Below are positions 24,033-24,529 of a stretch of 24,529 nucleotides of DNA, in pieces. Location of the stretch: positions 1 to 24,529 of the IMG/VR virus record IMGVR_UViG_3300005512_000317; one strand, 5' to 3'. Made by a program: the position numbers and the translations under genes. Each line of letters starts with the position of its first letter. Within the stretch, counting starts at the first letter, position 1. The DNA comes from a virus (lineage: Duplodnaviria > Caudoviricetes). The notes beneath the pieces were generated by a model that worked only from the letters and a program-made list of their open reading frames with translations, was not told where the DNA came from and did not search any database.

Positions 24033-24529
24033 GTGGCTGAAGCTTGGACAAGCGGCAAAACGCCTCGGATTGTCGACGAGCGCGATCAAGAAGCGACGCA
24101 AGCGCCACCAAATAAACGTGCAACCGTTTGGTGACGGCGGGCAATTCCTTTACGAAGTCCCCGCCGAGACGAGCGATATAACGGCGGACGAATGGGAAGT
24201 CTTGCGCGAACTCGTCACCGACAAGTCGCCCGCGCACGTCGAGTCGGAGTCTACCGGCGCGACGTATAGAATCCTTTCGCTTTTCGATGTCCATGTCCCA
24301 GAAGCGGATTCGTTCGCGTTCAAAGCGATCCTGGACTTCGCGCACGACGAGCAGCCGGAGCACATCGTTCTTGGCGGCGATTTCCTCGAGCTCGAATCGT
24401 GCTCACAGCACGGCGGGAACCCAAACCCGCTCGCCTTGGTGGACGAGATTAAGGCGGGGCGCAAGGCGCTATCTAGGATTCGCGAGGCGTGTCCCAACGC
24501 GGCGCTGACTTACCTCGAGGGGAATCACG
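24016..24529 (+). CDS. HTH-fused calcineurin-like metallophosphoesterase (3' truncated)
   Basis: Not in the ORF track because it runs off the end. Translates MTTKTEWLKLGQAAKRLGLSTSAIKKR...FDVHVP...LGGDFLE...LEGNH: DxH, GD and GNH motifs. Confidence 0.88.
   Translation, partial: MTTKTEWLKLGQAAKRLGLSTSAIKKRRKRHQINVQPFGDGGQFLYEVPAETSDITADEWEVLRELVTDKSPAHVESESTGATYRILSLFDVHVPEADSFAFKAILDFAHDEQPEHIVLGGDFLELESCSQHGGNPNPLALVDEIKAGRKALSRIREACPNAALTYLEGNH

Larger units (their letters stand above)
1..24529 (+). mobile_element. Tailed phage/prophage structural and lysis region (siphovirus-like)
   Basis: Canonical co-oriented order terminase-portal-head-neck-tail-tape measure-fibre-lysis; no sheath gene. 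No integrase or att site in the window, so prophage versus free phage cannot be decided. Confidence 0.97.

Noticed and set aside
855-24497. Numerous minus-strand and alternative-frame ORFs of 60-270 aa
   Set aside because: They shadow well-supported + strand genes in GC-rich DNA and show no recognisable motifs.
1-24529. CRISPR array, tRNA/rRNA genes, integrase/att sites, contractile sheath
   Set aside because: Intergenic gaps are too short for such RNA features, no regularly spaced repeats were seen, and no ORF has integrase or sheath motifs.

Overview
The whole window is the virion-morphogenesis and lysis arm of a tailed dsDNA phage or prophage, with every credible gene on the + strand. Gene order: a small self-contained promoter-gene-terminator unit, HNH nuclease, terminase small and large subunits, DUF935/Mu gp29-like portal, MuF-like minor head protein, XkdF-like prohead protease, scaffold, DUF2190-like decoration protein, major capsid protein, head-tail joining genes, two paralogous tail-tube genes, a G/GT tail chaperone with a lambda-type GGGAAG-family slippery site (GGGAAAG), tape measure, distal tail, a large LamG/C1q-like tail-tip protein, a three-gene fibre module, a lysis cassette with a peptidase M15 endolysin, and a truncated HTH-metallophosphoesterase. 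No sheath gene is visible, so the morphology is probably siphovirus. The most unusual signals are four. (1) All three genes of the fibre module begin with signal-peptide or membrane-anchor-like N-termini and share their own promoter candidate, suggesting an exported fibre or adhesin. (2) The prohead protease looks split, with its EVSLVDxxAN strand on the scaffold gene, which also has a likely nested internal start. (3) A family of internal promoter-like elements has sequence-variable dyads centred at the same offset. (4) The fibre is built from five related modules inserted into one framework. All family assignments are from motif recognition by eye; no database searches were run.
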